Assembly (NCBI GenBank): GCA_043745785.1
Contig: JAYTSG010000009.1
Location: forward strand, 1 to 43,573
Length of the DNA stretch: 43,573 nt
Origin: a bacterium
GTDB taxonomy: Bacteria; Patescibacteriota; Minisyncoccia; Phycocordibacterales; UBA5272
Reading direction: 5' to 3'
Below the pieces are notes generated by a model. The model made no database searches. It had not been told where the DNA came from and saw only the letters and a program-made list of their open reading frames with translations. Shown here in pieces: positions 27,696 through 37,323 of this stretch. Each line of letters opens with the position of its first letter. Position 1 is the first letter of the stretch. The position numbers were made by a program, and so were the translations under genes.

Positions 27696-29144
27696 TTAAA
27701 AGTCTACGGCAATTTTAGGGAGTGAAAAATCTCCAAAGTCACTTTTTTCAACAGAAACGAAACTAGCTTTTTTGTCGTCAAACATCAGCTCGACCATACC
27801 TGTTGGTCCATTTCTGTGTTTTTCAATAAGTATTTCAACGACATTATTTTTTTCATTATTGTCACCATATTTATCTTCACGGTGAATCAGTAATACCACG
27901 TCCGCATCTTGCTCGATGGAACCAGAGTCACGAAGGTCAGAGAGACGAGGTTTACCTCCACGAGATTCAACAGCACGAGAAAGTTGTGAGAGAGCAATGA
28001 CGGGCACGTTGAACTCTTTAGCGAGACCTTTAAGAGAACGAGATATTTCGGTTACTTGATTGACGATAGAGTCATAACTTTTGAGGGTGCTCATAAGTTG
28101 AAGGTAATCGACGATGATGAGACCGATAGGGCGTTCCGAACTAATACGACGCAAAACAGATCTCATATTCATGATGTTATTTGCGGCTTTATCATCGATA
28201 TACAGCGGTGCTTGCATAAGTTCATGCATACCTTGTTGTAAGCGTTCAAACTCATCTTCAAGAGAAAGGCGACCAGTACGGAGTTTCCATCCATCAACTT
28301 GTGACTGTGCCGCGAGCATACGGTCAACGAGTTGTTCTCGTCCCATTTCTAATGAAAAGACAGCTGTGGGGACACCAGCTTTGACTGAGGCGTGCCTAGC
28401 AATGTCAAGAGCAAAGGAAGTTTTACCGACTGACGGCCTTGCGGCGAGAATAATGAGGTCTGATTTTTGAAAGCCAGAGAGTTTGTCGTCGAGCGCTTTG
28501 AAACCGCTCGGCACTCCGCGCATGCCACCTCCATGTTCTTGCATTTTTTCTAGTCTAGCCCATGTTTCTTCAGCGAGTTCACGCAAGGGGATGAGTTTGT
28601 CAGAACCGCCACCACGAGAGGTAATGGAGTAAATTTGTGATTCTGCTGTTTCAAGTATCGCGTCTATCTCCTCTTCCTCTTCGTAAGAAATCTCAGCGAT
28701 ATGAGTACTGGCTTGTATCAATTTGCGAAGGAGTTCTTTTTTTCTGATAATGTTTGCATAATATTTGATATTCGCAGAAGTGCCAATGAGTCCAACGATA
28801 TCTCCCAGATAAACAGGGCCACCAATTTGGTCAAGCATTTTTTGATCACGGAGTTTAGTTGTGACGGTAAGGAGATCAATAGGTTCTTTTTGAAGTAGTA
28901 GATTTTCTATACAATCAAAAATAATAGCATGTTTTTCTGCGTAAAAACTATCACGCGAGACGAGATCAGCAACATCGTAAAGCGCTTCACCGTTTAAAAG
29001 GAGTGAGCCAAGAAATGCCTTCTCACTTTCGAGATCTTGAGGAGGAATGCGTCCCCCAATGAGAGGTGTCTGATTGCTCTCTTTTTGATAGGAGTTTTTG
29101 CGAGGTTTCTTTTCACTTTTTCGTAAATCGTTGAGTAGTAACAT
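27696..29144 (-). CDS. dnaB: Replicative DNA helicase
   Basis: RIPPQDLESE, LAARPSVGKT, FSLEM, IVDYLQL, ALSQLSR, DLRDSGSIEQDAD, KHRNGPTG. Confidence 0.98.
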   Translation of the reverse strand: MLLLNDLRKSEKKPRKNSYQKESNQTPLIGGRIPPQDLESEKAFLGSLLLNGEALYDVADLVSRDSFYAEKHAIIFDCIENLLLQKEPIDLLTVTTKLRDQKMLDQIGGPVYLGDIVGLIGTSANIKYYANIIRKKELLRKLIQASTHIAEISYEEEEEIDAILETAESQIYSITSRGGGSDKLIPLRELAEETWARLEKMQEHGGGMRGVPSGFKALDDKLSGFQKSDLIILAARPSVGKTSFALDIARHASVKAGVPTAVFSLEMGREQLVDRMLAAQSQVDGWKLRTGRLSLEDEFERLQQGMHELMQAPLYIDDKAANNIMNMRSVLRRISSERPIGLIIVDYLQLMSTLKSYDSIVNQVTEISRSLKGLAKEFNVPVIALSQLSRAVESRGGKPRLSDLRDSGSIEQDADVVLLIHREDKYGDNNEKNNVVEILIEKHRNGPTGMVELMFDDKKASFVSVEKSDFGDFSLPKIAVDF

Positions 29145-29741
29145 AGTCTATTTTGTAGAAAGTAAGACTAGTGTACTCTTGTTCGCTTTTTTTGGTAAGT
29201 CTTGCCAAACTGTGGATACAGTGGATGATGGGGAAAAAGTAAGAAACAATTGTAGTAAAAAGGTTTTTTGATGAAGTTTATTTTGAAAATTATTTTTTCT
29301 ATCAAGGTGAGTACTCACATTACTATTCATAAAGAGGTTTTTAGTTTTTTCTTTTTTCCATAATATTTTCTGCAATTGCCTTGAATTTGACCCAAGAGAT
29401 ACCTTTGCTAAGTTAGCTTCGAAGAGTTGAAATTGACTACAATTTTTAACAAAACAAAACAAAACAAAATTTACCTTTACGGTTCCTTGTGGTATTTACA
29501 GCGGAGTATAGTTATACTATGTCTTATTGTTTTCCATATATCTGCATCCAAAAGTTACATCCAGTATTCTATAGTTACTTCACAATGAAGGGCGCATCTA
29601 GTGTGTTCTCTGCTGGTGCAATTCAAGAGTCTGAGTAGTCTGTTGAGAAAAATATTTATTGCAAGAAATAAAGAATATCAAATGAAGTACGCGGGAAGGT
29701 TGTGCCTTCCCGCGCTGAATTTCTCATGGTTTCTGGTCATT

Positions 29742-29963
29742 TTAAAAGACTTTGAGTATGCCACCAAACCCGAGTGCTTGGTATATGTCTTCAATGAGTC
29801 TTTGATGATTTTTAGAAGGTCCTACTTTTTTAACGGCTGGGAGTTGCTCGGTGTCAGAGTTACCAGCACACAATGAATCTCTTGTATGAATGGTGTCACC
29901 ACCATTCATACGTGGTGGGAGGCTCTGTAAAAGATAGCTCAGCTTTGTTTCTGTGATCTTCAC
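29742..29963 (-). CDS. Small hypothetical protein (73 aa)
   Basis: AAGGAG SD before the GTG at 29963; hairpin cgcgggaagg...ccttcccgcg at 29690-29714 downstream. Confidence 0.45.
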   Translation of the reverse strand: MKITETKLSYLLQSLPPRMNGGDTIHTRDSLCAGNSDTEQLPAVKKVGPSKNHQRLIEDIYQALGFGGILKVF

Positions 29964-30066
29964 GGCAGTACTCCTTTTTTCATTGTTGAGGTGAGAGTCC
30001 TTCGTGAGTGTAGAACAATGTTGAATGAAAAGGAAGGAGTTTGTGAACTTTTTTGAGAATGAGTTT

Positions 30067-30116
30067 AAAAAAGTAAGACAAAGTGGCACCTTTTAGGGTA
30101 CCACTTTGTCTTTTTT
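30067..30116. terminator. Hairpin downstream of pfkB (probable terminator)
   Basis: aagacaaagtgg...ccactttgtctt with A/T flanks. Confidence 0.7.
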
Positions 30117-30280
30117 AAATGCAGAACAAATCTTCCTGTAGTAAAATTCTTCTTCACTCACTCTTTTCTTTACTTACGGAGTGTCAAAGAAAAGTTCCTC
30201 AAGGAATACTGGAAATTAGTTTTTTATTTTTTCCACAAGGATACCGCGAGCTTGAAGCTCATAGTATAAAAGTATTAAGA

Positions 30281-31294
30281 TTATAGTGTCTTCACCGTAT
30301 AGTCTGTCGGTGCCTTTGCAATGTATTCGAGTAGTTTCTCACGAGTGAGTAACCCTTTCTGAGCTCCTACTTCATGGACGACACTCATACTATTAACTGG
30401 TCCCCAGGTCAGAGCTTCTTGTGGAGTTTTTCCGAGAACTATTGCAGAAACGAATGTTGAACAGAAGGCATCTCCTGCTCCCGTGCGTTCTACGGCAGGT
30501 GTGACATCAGGATAGAGTCCGACAGTGTAGTATTTATTTTCTACTTTCATAAAAGCTCCATGAGGTCCATCAGAAAGAAGAATAATCTTTGGTCCAAAAG
30601 TTTCCATTTTATCCATGAGTGCTTTCACGTCAGTGGTAGTCTCTCCGAGGATTTGCATATATTCTTCTTTGTTTGCACAGAATATTTCTGTGCGAGCATA
30701 GAGTCGCTTGAGCACTTCTGTACCCATTTGTATTTGGAATGTTCCAGGCTGGAAAGCAAGCTTTACCTCAAGGTGTGTTTCCAAATAGGCCATGAGTTCT
30801 TCATGAAGTTCTTTGGTGTGAGACCCTAATGAAGAAAGATATATCCACTTTGGTGTGCCAAGGTCTTTTGGTATATGTGATGCAAACGTATCATGCTTTA
30901 CTAAAATAGTTCTCTCATCACCATGCCATAGGACGTAATGATAATTTGTTTTTTTGTCACTTTGTACAGAAATAAAACGCGTATCAACCCCATCGCTTTT
31001 TAGGTGTTCTATGCAACTTTTACCATCCGCATCATCTCCGACAAAAGAAATGAGTGCTGATGATAGACCGAGACGCGCCGCACTGACCATTGCGTTTGCA
31101 CTGTTACCGACAGCGGATAATACTTCAACGCTTTCGAAAGGAATCTTTGATCCAAAAGGAACGCAGTATTCTGTTTCCCCGTGATTTTGAATAACTTCTC
31201 CAACATTTAATCTAATAAAAGCATCGACGACTAAGTCTCCGATGCCGACTATATCTAATTCTTTTTTTGTTGTAAATAAATCTACTATGTTCAT
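30281..31294 (-). CDS. PfkB-family carbohydrate kinase
   Basis: GNSANAMVSAARLG, VGDDADG, AFQPG, ERTGAGDAF. Confidence 0.93.
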   Translation of the reverse strand: MNIVDLFTTKKELDIVGIGDLVVDAFIRLNVGEVIQNHGETEYCVPFGSKIPFESVEVLSAVGNSANAMVSAARLGLSSALISFVGDDADGKSCIEHLKSDGVDTRFISVQSDKKTNYHYVLWHGDERTILVKHDTFASHIPKDLGTPKWIYLSSLGSHTKELHEELMAYLETHLEVKLAFQPGTFQIQMGTEVLKRLYARTEIFCANKEEYMQILGETTTDVKALMDKMETFGPKIILLSDGPHGAFMKVENKYYTVGLYPDVTPAVERTGAGDAFCSTFVSAIVLGKTPQEALTWGPVNSMSVVHEVGAQKGLLTREKLLEYIAKAPTDYTVKTL

Positions 31295-31327
31295 ATTGAA
31301 GAGTATACGATATACTCTTCAATATGA
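31291..31327. promoter_or_regulatory. Palindromic bidirectional promoter
   Basis: tcatattgaagagtata-cga-tatactcttcaatatga; each strand reads TATACT-cttcaat-ATG. Confidence 0.85.
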
Positions 31328-32232
31328 CTACATATGGATATGAAGGTAAGTTGTTTGTGCTCCCATTTGATCATCGTGCAAGCTTCTCTGAAAAGATGCT
31401 TGGTTTTAGCGGCGACCTTACTGATGCGCAAAAGCAAACCATTACCGATTACAAAACTATTATTTACGAGGCAATAGACAAAGCTATAGAGCTTGGAGTA
31501 CCACTAGAATCTTCTGCGGTACTCGTGGATGAAATTTTCGGTCTCGAAATACTGAAGGACGCAAAGAGTCGTGGTATTGTCACTATGCAGACTGTTGAAA
31601 AAAGTGGTCAAGACGAATTTGAATGTGAATTTGGTGATCAGTTTGGAGAGCATCTCCTCGCAGTGAAGCCAACATTTGCAAAAGTACTCGTCAGGTACAA
31701 CCCGTCTGGTGATCAAGATGTGAATAAGAAACAAAGAGAGAGGATTAAAGTTGTCTCTGATTTTGTACATGCAAATGGCATCAAACTTCTCATCGAGCCA
31801 CTCGTTCCTTCAAATGAGGGCAATCTCGCGCAGGTTGGTGGTGATAAAGTACAGTATGATAAAGAAATCAGACCGTCTCTCACCGTTCAGATGATAGAAG
31901 AATTTCAAGCAGCAGGTATTGAAGCAGACATTTGGAAAATTGAAGGTATGGAGGATAGAGAGCATTATGATGCCATCGTACACACGGCGCGCATTGGTGA
32001 CGCAAGAAAAGATGTAGGAGTCATCATCCTTGGGCGTGCTGAGACAAAAGATCGAGTGAGTCACTGGATCAATGCGGGGAAGCATATCGAAGGAGTTGTC
32101 GGCTTTGCTGTCGGACGCACTGTTTTCTGGGACCCTCTCGTCCTCTATCGTGATGGTAAGATTTCAAAAGAAGAAGCGATAGGGATGATAGCGAAGGAGT
32201 ACTATTCTTATTACACACTCTTTACGAAATAG
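31324..32232 (+). CDS. DUF2090 (IolC C-terminal, LacD-like class I aldolase fold) protein
   Basis: LFVLPFDHR, VEKSGQDEF, AKVLVRYNP, DIWKIEG, GFAVGRTVF. Confidence 0.85.
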   Translation: MTTYGYEGKLFVLPFDHRASFSEKMLGFSGDLTDAQKQTITDYKTIIYEAIDKAIELGVPLESSAVLVDEIFGLEILKDAKSRGIVTMQTVEKSGQDEFECEFGDQFGEHLLAVKPTFAKVLVRYNPSGDQDVNKKQRERIKVVSDFVHANGIKLLIEPLVPSNEGNLAQVGGDKVQYDKEIRPSLTVQMIEEFQAAGIEADIWKIEGMEDREHYDAIVHTARIGDARKDVGVIILGRAETKDRVSHWINAGKHIEGVVGFAVGRTVFWDPLVLYRDGKISKEEAIGMIAKEYYSYYTLFTK

Positions 32233-32243
32233 TATATTTCTCT

Positions 32244-32570
32244 ATGCCATACGATGTCTATCATATTGCTGAAATAGAGGTAACGTATTCAACTAGAGAA
32301 GAAGCTAAAAAGATTTCTTTTGATCTCATAGAGGAAAAATTAATTGCGTGCGCAACTCTTACAGAGGTGACCAGTATTTTCCCATGGGAAAGTAAAATAG
32401 GCCAAGGGGATGAGATAAAACTGACAGTAAAGACTCTTGATAAGTATGTAAGTGAAGTAAGAGATATGATTCTTGTTCGACATTCGTACGAAATACCAAT
32501 GGTGCTCACGACGATGAAAGTGATTAATGAAAGTTATTTTAGGTGGATGGAGAGAGTTTGCGGAGAATAG
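32244..32570 (+). CDS. cutA: Divalent-cation tolerance protein CutA
   Basis: EKLIACA, SIFPWE, VKT, HSYEIP, YFRW. Confidence 0.9.
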   Translation: MPYDVYHIAEIEVTYSTREEAKKISFDLIEEKLIACATLTEVTSIFPWESKIGQGDEIKLTVKTLDKYVSEVRDMILVRHSYEIPMVLTTMKVINESYFRWMERVCGE

Positions 32571-32571
32571 T

Positions 32572-32883
32572 ATGTGGGTACTTTTCCTTTTCTTGATGGT
32601 GACAATAAACACGATAGGTAATGCTGTGGCGAATTACTGGCAATTACATGGTCACAAGTTACCATACGCTCTAGTGGCTCTCGGTCTCTTTCTTCTTGCA
32701 AATGTCATGCTTCTTTTTATGCTGAAGAACCACTCTGGTCTCGGAAGAGCTGTGGTCAGTTTCGGTGTGCTTTCCGCTATTACAGGTCTTGCCGTCGCTA
32801 TTTTTGTTTATCATGAAAGTTATAATTTGATACAAATTATTGGACTTAGACTTGGCCTTACTTCACTTTTTTTATTGTACTAA
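32572..32883 (+). CDS. Small 4-TM SMR/DMT-like membrane protein
   Basis: Four hydrophobic helices; FVYHESYNLIQIIGL. Confidence 0.65.
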   Translation: MWVLFLFLMVTINTIGNAVANYWQLHGHKLPYALVALGLFLLANVMLLFMLKNHSGLGRAVVSFGVLSAITGLAVAIFVYHESYNLIQIIGLRLGLTSLFLLY

Positions 32884-33085
32884 TCTCTCTTTGAATACAA
32901 TCTCCCCACAGCTTGCTGTGAGGTAATTTATTTGAATAAGTTATGTTATTGTGACTGGTGCATGGAAGTGTATATTTACAACAGAGTATTCTTGTGCGTT
33001 TGAATTTATGTAGCAGTAAGTTACACTAAAAGATGAATGTTCTTCGGGTTCAATTTCAATCTAAAATAAAACATGGAGTGTGTCT

Positions 33086-33598
33086 ATGTCTTTTCTGAGA
33101 TCACTTGTAAGTTTGCTATGGGGGAAGTTTTCTCAATCTATCCAGTCTAGTCAACTGCTATTTGAAAACACTTCAGTACTAGAACCAAAAGGGGGAATAC
33201 AACTTGAAAGTTTGTGTCTTGTAAATAGCTCTGAGGATAAGACTGTACTAGAAAAACTAAAGAAAGCTCATCCACAAGGTTTTGCCTTCTCTTCGAGAGA
33301 AGAGTTGTATTTTTACATAAGTGAGGATACAAAGAATATAAAGAATCGGAGTCATCCAGGTAAAAATAAAAAACCGCTTGTCCTCTTAGGAGATAATTAT
33401 TTAGACATGGACAGCCAAGGAACTTTGTGTTTTTTCTTTATAGGAGATGAAAAAAATAAATCACTAAGGGCTGTATACTTGAAATGTGAGTACAATGTTT
33501 ACGGTAAACTCTCAATCGAAAAGATAGTTTGGGACCCATCTCTCCACAGCCAAACAATGTCCTCCGACACGAGGATAGTAGTGAGGCTATGGCTGTGA
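33086..33598 (+). CDS. Hypothetical protein
   Basis: GGAG SD before the ATG at 33086; hairpin at 33602-33628 downstream. Confidence 0.6.
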   Translation: MSFLRSLVSLLWGKFSQSIQSSQLLFENTSVLEPKGGIQLESLCLVNSSEDKTVLEKLKKAHPQGFAFSSREELYFYISEDTKNIKNRSHPGKNKKPLVLLGDNYLDMDSQGTLCFFFIGDEKNKSLRAVYLKCEYNVYGKLSIEKIVWDPSLHSQTMSSDTRIVVRLWL

Positions 33599-33680
33599 AG
33601 AGAAAAGCTGGAAGACTCCCAGCTTTTTCAACTGTAAAAATACTTTACACCACATACCCATAGGGGTATACTAAAAAAAT

Positions 33681-34829
33681 ATGAATCATAATTATAATAA
33701 AGAAGCGATAGAGCTTCACAAAAAATTTGGAGGAAAGCTCGGCATCATTTCAAAAGTCCCGCTTACAAACCGTGAAGATTTATCCTGTGCTTACACACCA
33801 GGTGTTGCCGAAGTATGTCTCGAAATAGCAAAAGATGAAAATCTCGCATACGACCTCACTCTCAAAGGAAACACCGTCGCAATTATTTCTGATGGTTCAG
33901 CGATACTCGGACTCGGTAATCTGGGAGCAAAGGCAGCGATTCCCGTCATGGAAGGAAAAGCTGTCATCCTTAAAACATTTGCTGGAGTGGACGCCTTTCC
34001 TATTTGTTTAGATACACAAGACACAGAAGAAATTATCAAAGCAGTTAAGCAAATCGCACCAGTCTTTGGCGCAATTAACCTCGAAGACATTGCAGCCCCA
34101 CGATGTTTTGAAATAGAAGAACGCCTCCGTTCTGAGCTTTCTATTCCCATCATGCATGATGATCAGTGGGGGACAGCGACTGTGGTCTTGGCGGGGATGA
34201 TCAATGCTCTTAAACTTCGAGATATTTCTCAAGAAGAAGTAAAAGTTGTGATAAGTGGAATAGGGTCTGCTGGAGTGGCGGTGTCTCGTTTACTTCTTTC
34301 TTACGGCATTAGAGATATTTTGTTTGTTGATAGTAAAGGAATCATTCACGAAGGAAGAACTGACATAACTAAAGAAAAGAAAGAGCTACTCGGAGCGAGT
34401 GTTGCAAAAGCTTTTGAAGGAACACTCGCAGATGCGATGAAAGAAAGAAATGTTTTTATCGGCCTCTCCAAGCCCGGCACAGTAACACAAGATATGGTAA
34501 GGAGTATGGAAGAGCGACCAATTATTTTTTCGCTTGCAAACCCTGTCCCTGAGATTCTTCCAGAAGAAGCGAAAGAAGCTGGCGTGTATATCATGGCAAC
34601 AGGGCGAAGTGACTATCCAAATCAGCTCAATAATTCACTCGTCTTCCCTGGGCTTTTTAAAGGAATACTCGAGGCTCGACTACCACAATTTGAAATAGGT
34701 ATGTTTACTACCGTTGCCATAGCTCTCGCAAGCGTTGTTGAGAATCCAACGTCAGAAAATATTTTACCAAGCATGTTTGATACAAAGGTTGTGACTGTAG
34801 TGAGCAAAGCAGTGGTGAGTCATAAATAA
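33681..34829 (+). CDS. NAD(P)-dependent malic enzyme
   Basis: AYTPGVA, DGSAILGLGN, VMEGKA, INLEDI, HDDQWGTA, ATGRSDYPNQLNN. Confidence 0.96.
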   Translation: MNHNYNKEAIELHKKFGGKLGIISKVPLTNREDLSCAYTPGVAEVCLEIAKDENLAYDLTLKGNTVAIISDGSAILGLGNLGAKAAIPVMEGKAVILKTFAGVDAFPICLDTQDTEEIIKAVKQIAPVFGAINLEDIAAPRCFEIEERLRSELSIPIMHDDQWGTATVVLAGMINALKLRDISQEEVKVVISGIGSAGVAVSRLLLSYGIRDILFVDSKGIIHEGRTDITKEKKELLGASVAKAFEGTLADAMKERNVFIGLSKPGTVTQDMVRSMEERPIIFSLANPVPEILPEEAKEAGVYIMATGRSDYPNQLNNSLVFPGLFKGILEARLPQFEIGMFTTVAIALASVVENPTSENILPSMFDTKVVTVVSKAVVSHK

Positions 34830-34866
34830 TAGTAGATTATTGCTTACTTGTAAAGAGAGAACAAAG

Positions 34867-34895
34867 ACGACCCGAACGTAAAACGTTCGGGTCGT
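34867..34895. terminator. Hairpin between convergent genes
   Basis: acgacccgaacg-taaaa-cgttcgggtcgt. Confidence 0.75.
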
Positions 34896-35380
34896 TATGT
34901 GGTTATGGCGAGCAGTTTTTTAATGTGTGCTTGAGGTTTTAGAATCTTTTTCTGTTCTTGTTTTGCACTCTCTTGCAGAATGTATTCATCTCCTACTTCG
35001 TTTACAAAGCGAGAAACTAGATCATTTCTCATCCAGTTGCAAGTCGGAAGTGTATACATGAAGTAATGCTTCCGAAAACAGTTTAAGTCAACATCTTCTT
35101 CAGTATTCTTTTCTATTTTAGCGAGAAAAAGCGATATATAGGCAAAGTAGACGGGAAAGTTTTTCGTTCGAAGTATTGAAGTAATATCTGCCGTATTGTC
35201 ATTGCTACGAGCGAACAGTCTATAAAAAAGTGAACCTTTCTCGGTACTATTTTCGAGTAAACTTGCGGAAGACTCCGGGCCTTGATACTTCGAGATTATT
35301 TGTTTGGTTCGTTGTATTAAGAGTGACGCTGGCTAAAAGTCTTCATTTAAAGCAGGGATATGTATTCGTCTGTGTGTCAT
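34895..35380 (-). pseudogene. 162-codon orphan reading frame interrupted by a single TAG at codon 16
   Basis: GAGG SD plus ATG; MTHRRIHIPALNEDF*PASLLIQRTK...KKLLAITT*; TAG at 35335-35333. Confidence 0.65.
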
Positions 35381-35714
35381 AAAAATCCTCTCATGGTTGT
35401 GCAAGAGGTCTATTTCCTAAACTCTACTATAAACAAAAATAAGACGCAAAACAGCCCCACATTCGCGGGACCTCGTGCTGTCTATATCTTATGACAACCA
35501 TTTTCGAAACTGTTGCGTGTAATCCTTTGACAGACATAGTAGTCTGGCGAGACTTCCAATACAAAAAGGGACAGCTACGAGTGTGAGAGCTGGAATAAAA
35601 ATGATTCCTATCACACAGACTTCTCTCAGACTTATTTTTTTCATACAAAGCTCCAAAAGTTTCTTTTATACTACACAAAAAGTTGAAGCAAGTAAAATAT
35701 GGTAGTATAGACCA

Positions 35715-37049
35715 ATGTCATTTTCATTTGAAATAGTTACAAAAGATAAAGAAGCAGTACTGGCTCGTGCTGGTGTTATTCATACACCTCATGGCGATAT
35801 TGCTACGCCAGCATTTATTACTGTAGGAACTAAGGCTACAGTAAAGTCTCTCACTCCAGAACAAGTGCGTGACATAGTAGGTGCGCAGGCAGTGCTTGCC
35901 AATACCTATCATTTATATCTAGAGCCAGGGGAAAAGCTAGTTAAAAATCATGGAGGATTTGCAAAGATGATGGGATGGTCGAGGAGCGAAAGCGCGATTA
36001 GGGGAGCGAACTGTGAGGAACGAAGAGTTCCAGAGCTAGTAAGCGAAGGAGTAATAGTAAATGTGGATATAAGTTACAAGATGAAAGAAAATCTGAGTCC
36101 ATTACCGAGCTTTACGGACAGTGGAGGTTTTCAAGTTTTTTCTTTAGGGCAAGCACTAGGACACGGAGTCGGTAAAATAGCAACAAGTGAGGAGATTAGT
36201 AAGAGAGAAACGAAAGAACATGACAAGACACATGAAAAGCTTGCGAAGATTGATGATGAAGGGGTGACTTTTCGTTCCGTTATTGATGGGACTGAACATC
36301 GTTTTACTCCAGAAAAAAGTATGCAAATACAGCATGATTTAGGAGCGGATATTTTTTTCGCTTTTGATGAGTGTACTTCACCGCTAGCTCCTAAAGAGTA
36401 TCAACTCAAAGCAATTAAGAGGACTCATGCATGGGCAGAGAGAAGTTTAGATGAACATAAAAGACTGGGTAAGAGTGAGGCGACAGGGGAAATGCAAGCA
36501 CTTTTTGGAGTGGTACAGGGTGGTGCGTATGAAGATTTGCGCAGAGAAAGTGCCCGCACACTTGCGACAATGGATTTTGACGGGTTCGGAATAGGTGGCA
36601 GTTTTACAAAAGAAGATATTGGTACTGCAGTGCGCTGGGTTTGTGAAGAACTTCCCGAAGGAAAGCCGAGACATCTCCTTGGTATCGGTGAACCTCTCGA
36701 CATTCTTTTAGGTATAGAAAATGGTATTGATACTTTTGATTGTGTGACACCGACTCGTATAGCGAGGAATGGGTCACTACTGACCAAGGATGGGCGTATC
36801 AACATACTCAATGCAAAATATCTCAGTGATATGAGTCCCGTATCAGAGGAGAAGAGTTGGTATACTCATCAGTATACGAAAGCCTATTTAGCTCATCTCT
36901 TTCGCGCTGATGAAATGACTGGAGCGAGTATTGCATCATTGCATAATCTTAAATTTTTAACTGTTCTTGTTGAAGACGCAAGAAAAGCTCTCCTCGAGGG
37001 AAAATTTTTGCAATACAAAGATTATTTTTTGAAAAGATATTATAAATAA
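35715..37049 (+). CDS. tgt: tRNA-guanine(34) transglycosylase
   Basis: HTPHG, VGTKATVK, LANTYHL, TDSGGFQVFSL, FDEC, GVVQGG, PRHLLGIG, DTFDCVTPTR. Confidence 0.95.
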   Translation: MSFSFEIVTKDKEAVLARAGVIHTPHGDIATPAFITVGTKATVKSLTPEQVRDIVGAQAVLANTYHLYLEPGEKLVKNHGGFAKMMGWSRSESAIRGANCEERRVPELVSEGVIVNVDISYKMKENLSPLPSFTDSGGFQVFSLGQALGHGVGKIATSEEISKRETKEHDKTHEKLAKIDDEGVTFRSVIDGTEHRFTPEKSMQIQHDLGADIFFAFDECTSPLAPKEYQLKAIKRTHAWAERSLDEHKRLGKSEATGEMQALFGVVQGGAYEDLRRESARTLATMDFDGFGIGGSFTKEDIGTAVRWVCEELPEGKPRHLLGIGEPLDILLGIENGIDTFDCVTPTRIARNGSLLTKDGRINILNAKYLSDMSPVSEEKSWYTHQYTKAYLAHLFRADEMTGASIASLHNLKFLTVLVEDARKALLEGKFLQYKDYFLKRYYK

Positions 37050-37323
37050 TGACAGTAATGCTTTTACTTAGCAGAGATAGTATTTAAGTAAAGCTTAATT
37101 TATTTTGATTATAGTTACTACTGATAAAGTACCATCATTTACTTTTGTCTCTATCTACAATACGAATAGAAAATAGTGTTAGTCTCTACAAAAAAATGAA
37201 GAGACTGTTACTGTTTACCTCTTCGTCGTAACATGAGTTCATACTGTTAATAACTATGTGTAAGTAAAAGTAATATGTACTATACTCAAACTAGTTTTCA
37301 TCATCTAAAAGACTATTTTATCT

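Noticed and set aside
29148-29600. oriC upstream of dnaB (AT-rich, aaaac repeats, tgtggatac)
   Set aside because: Only isolated imperfect DnaA boxes, and no dnaA or dnaN in the window; the 104-aa ORF here also looks spurious
35979-36098. Intein in Tgt
   Set aside because: Far too short and lacks the terminal His-Asn plus Cys/Ser/Thr splice motif
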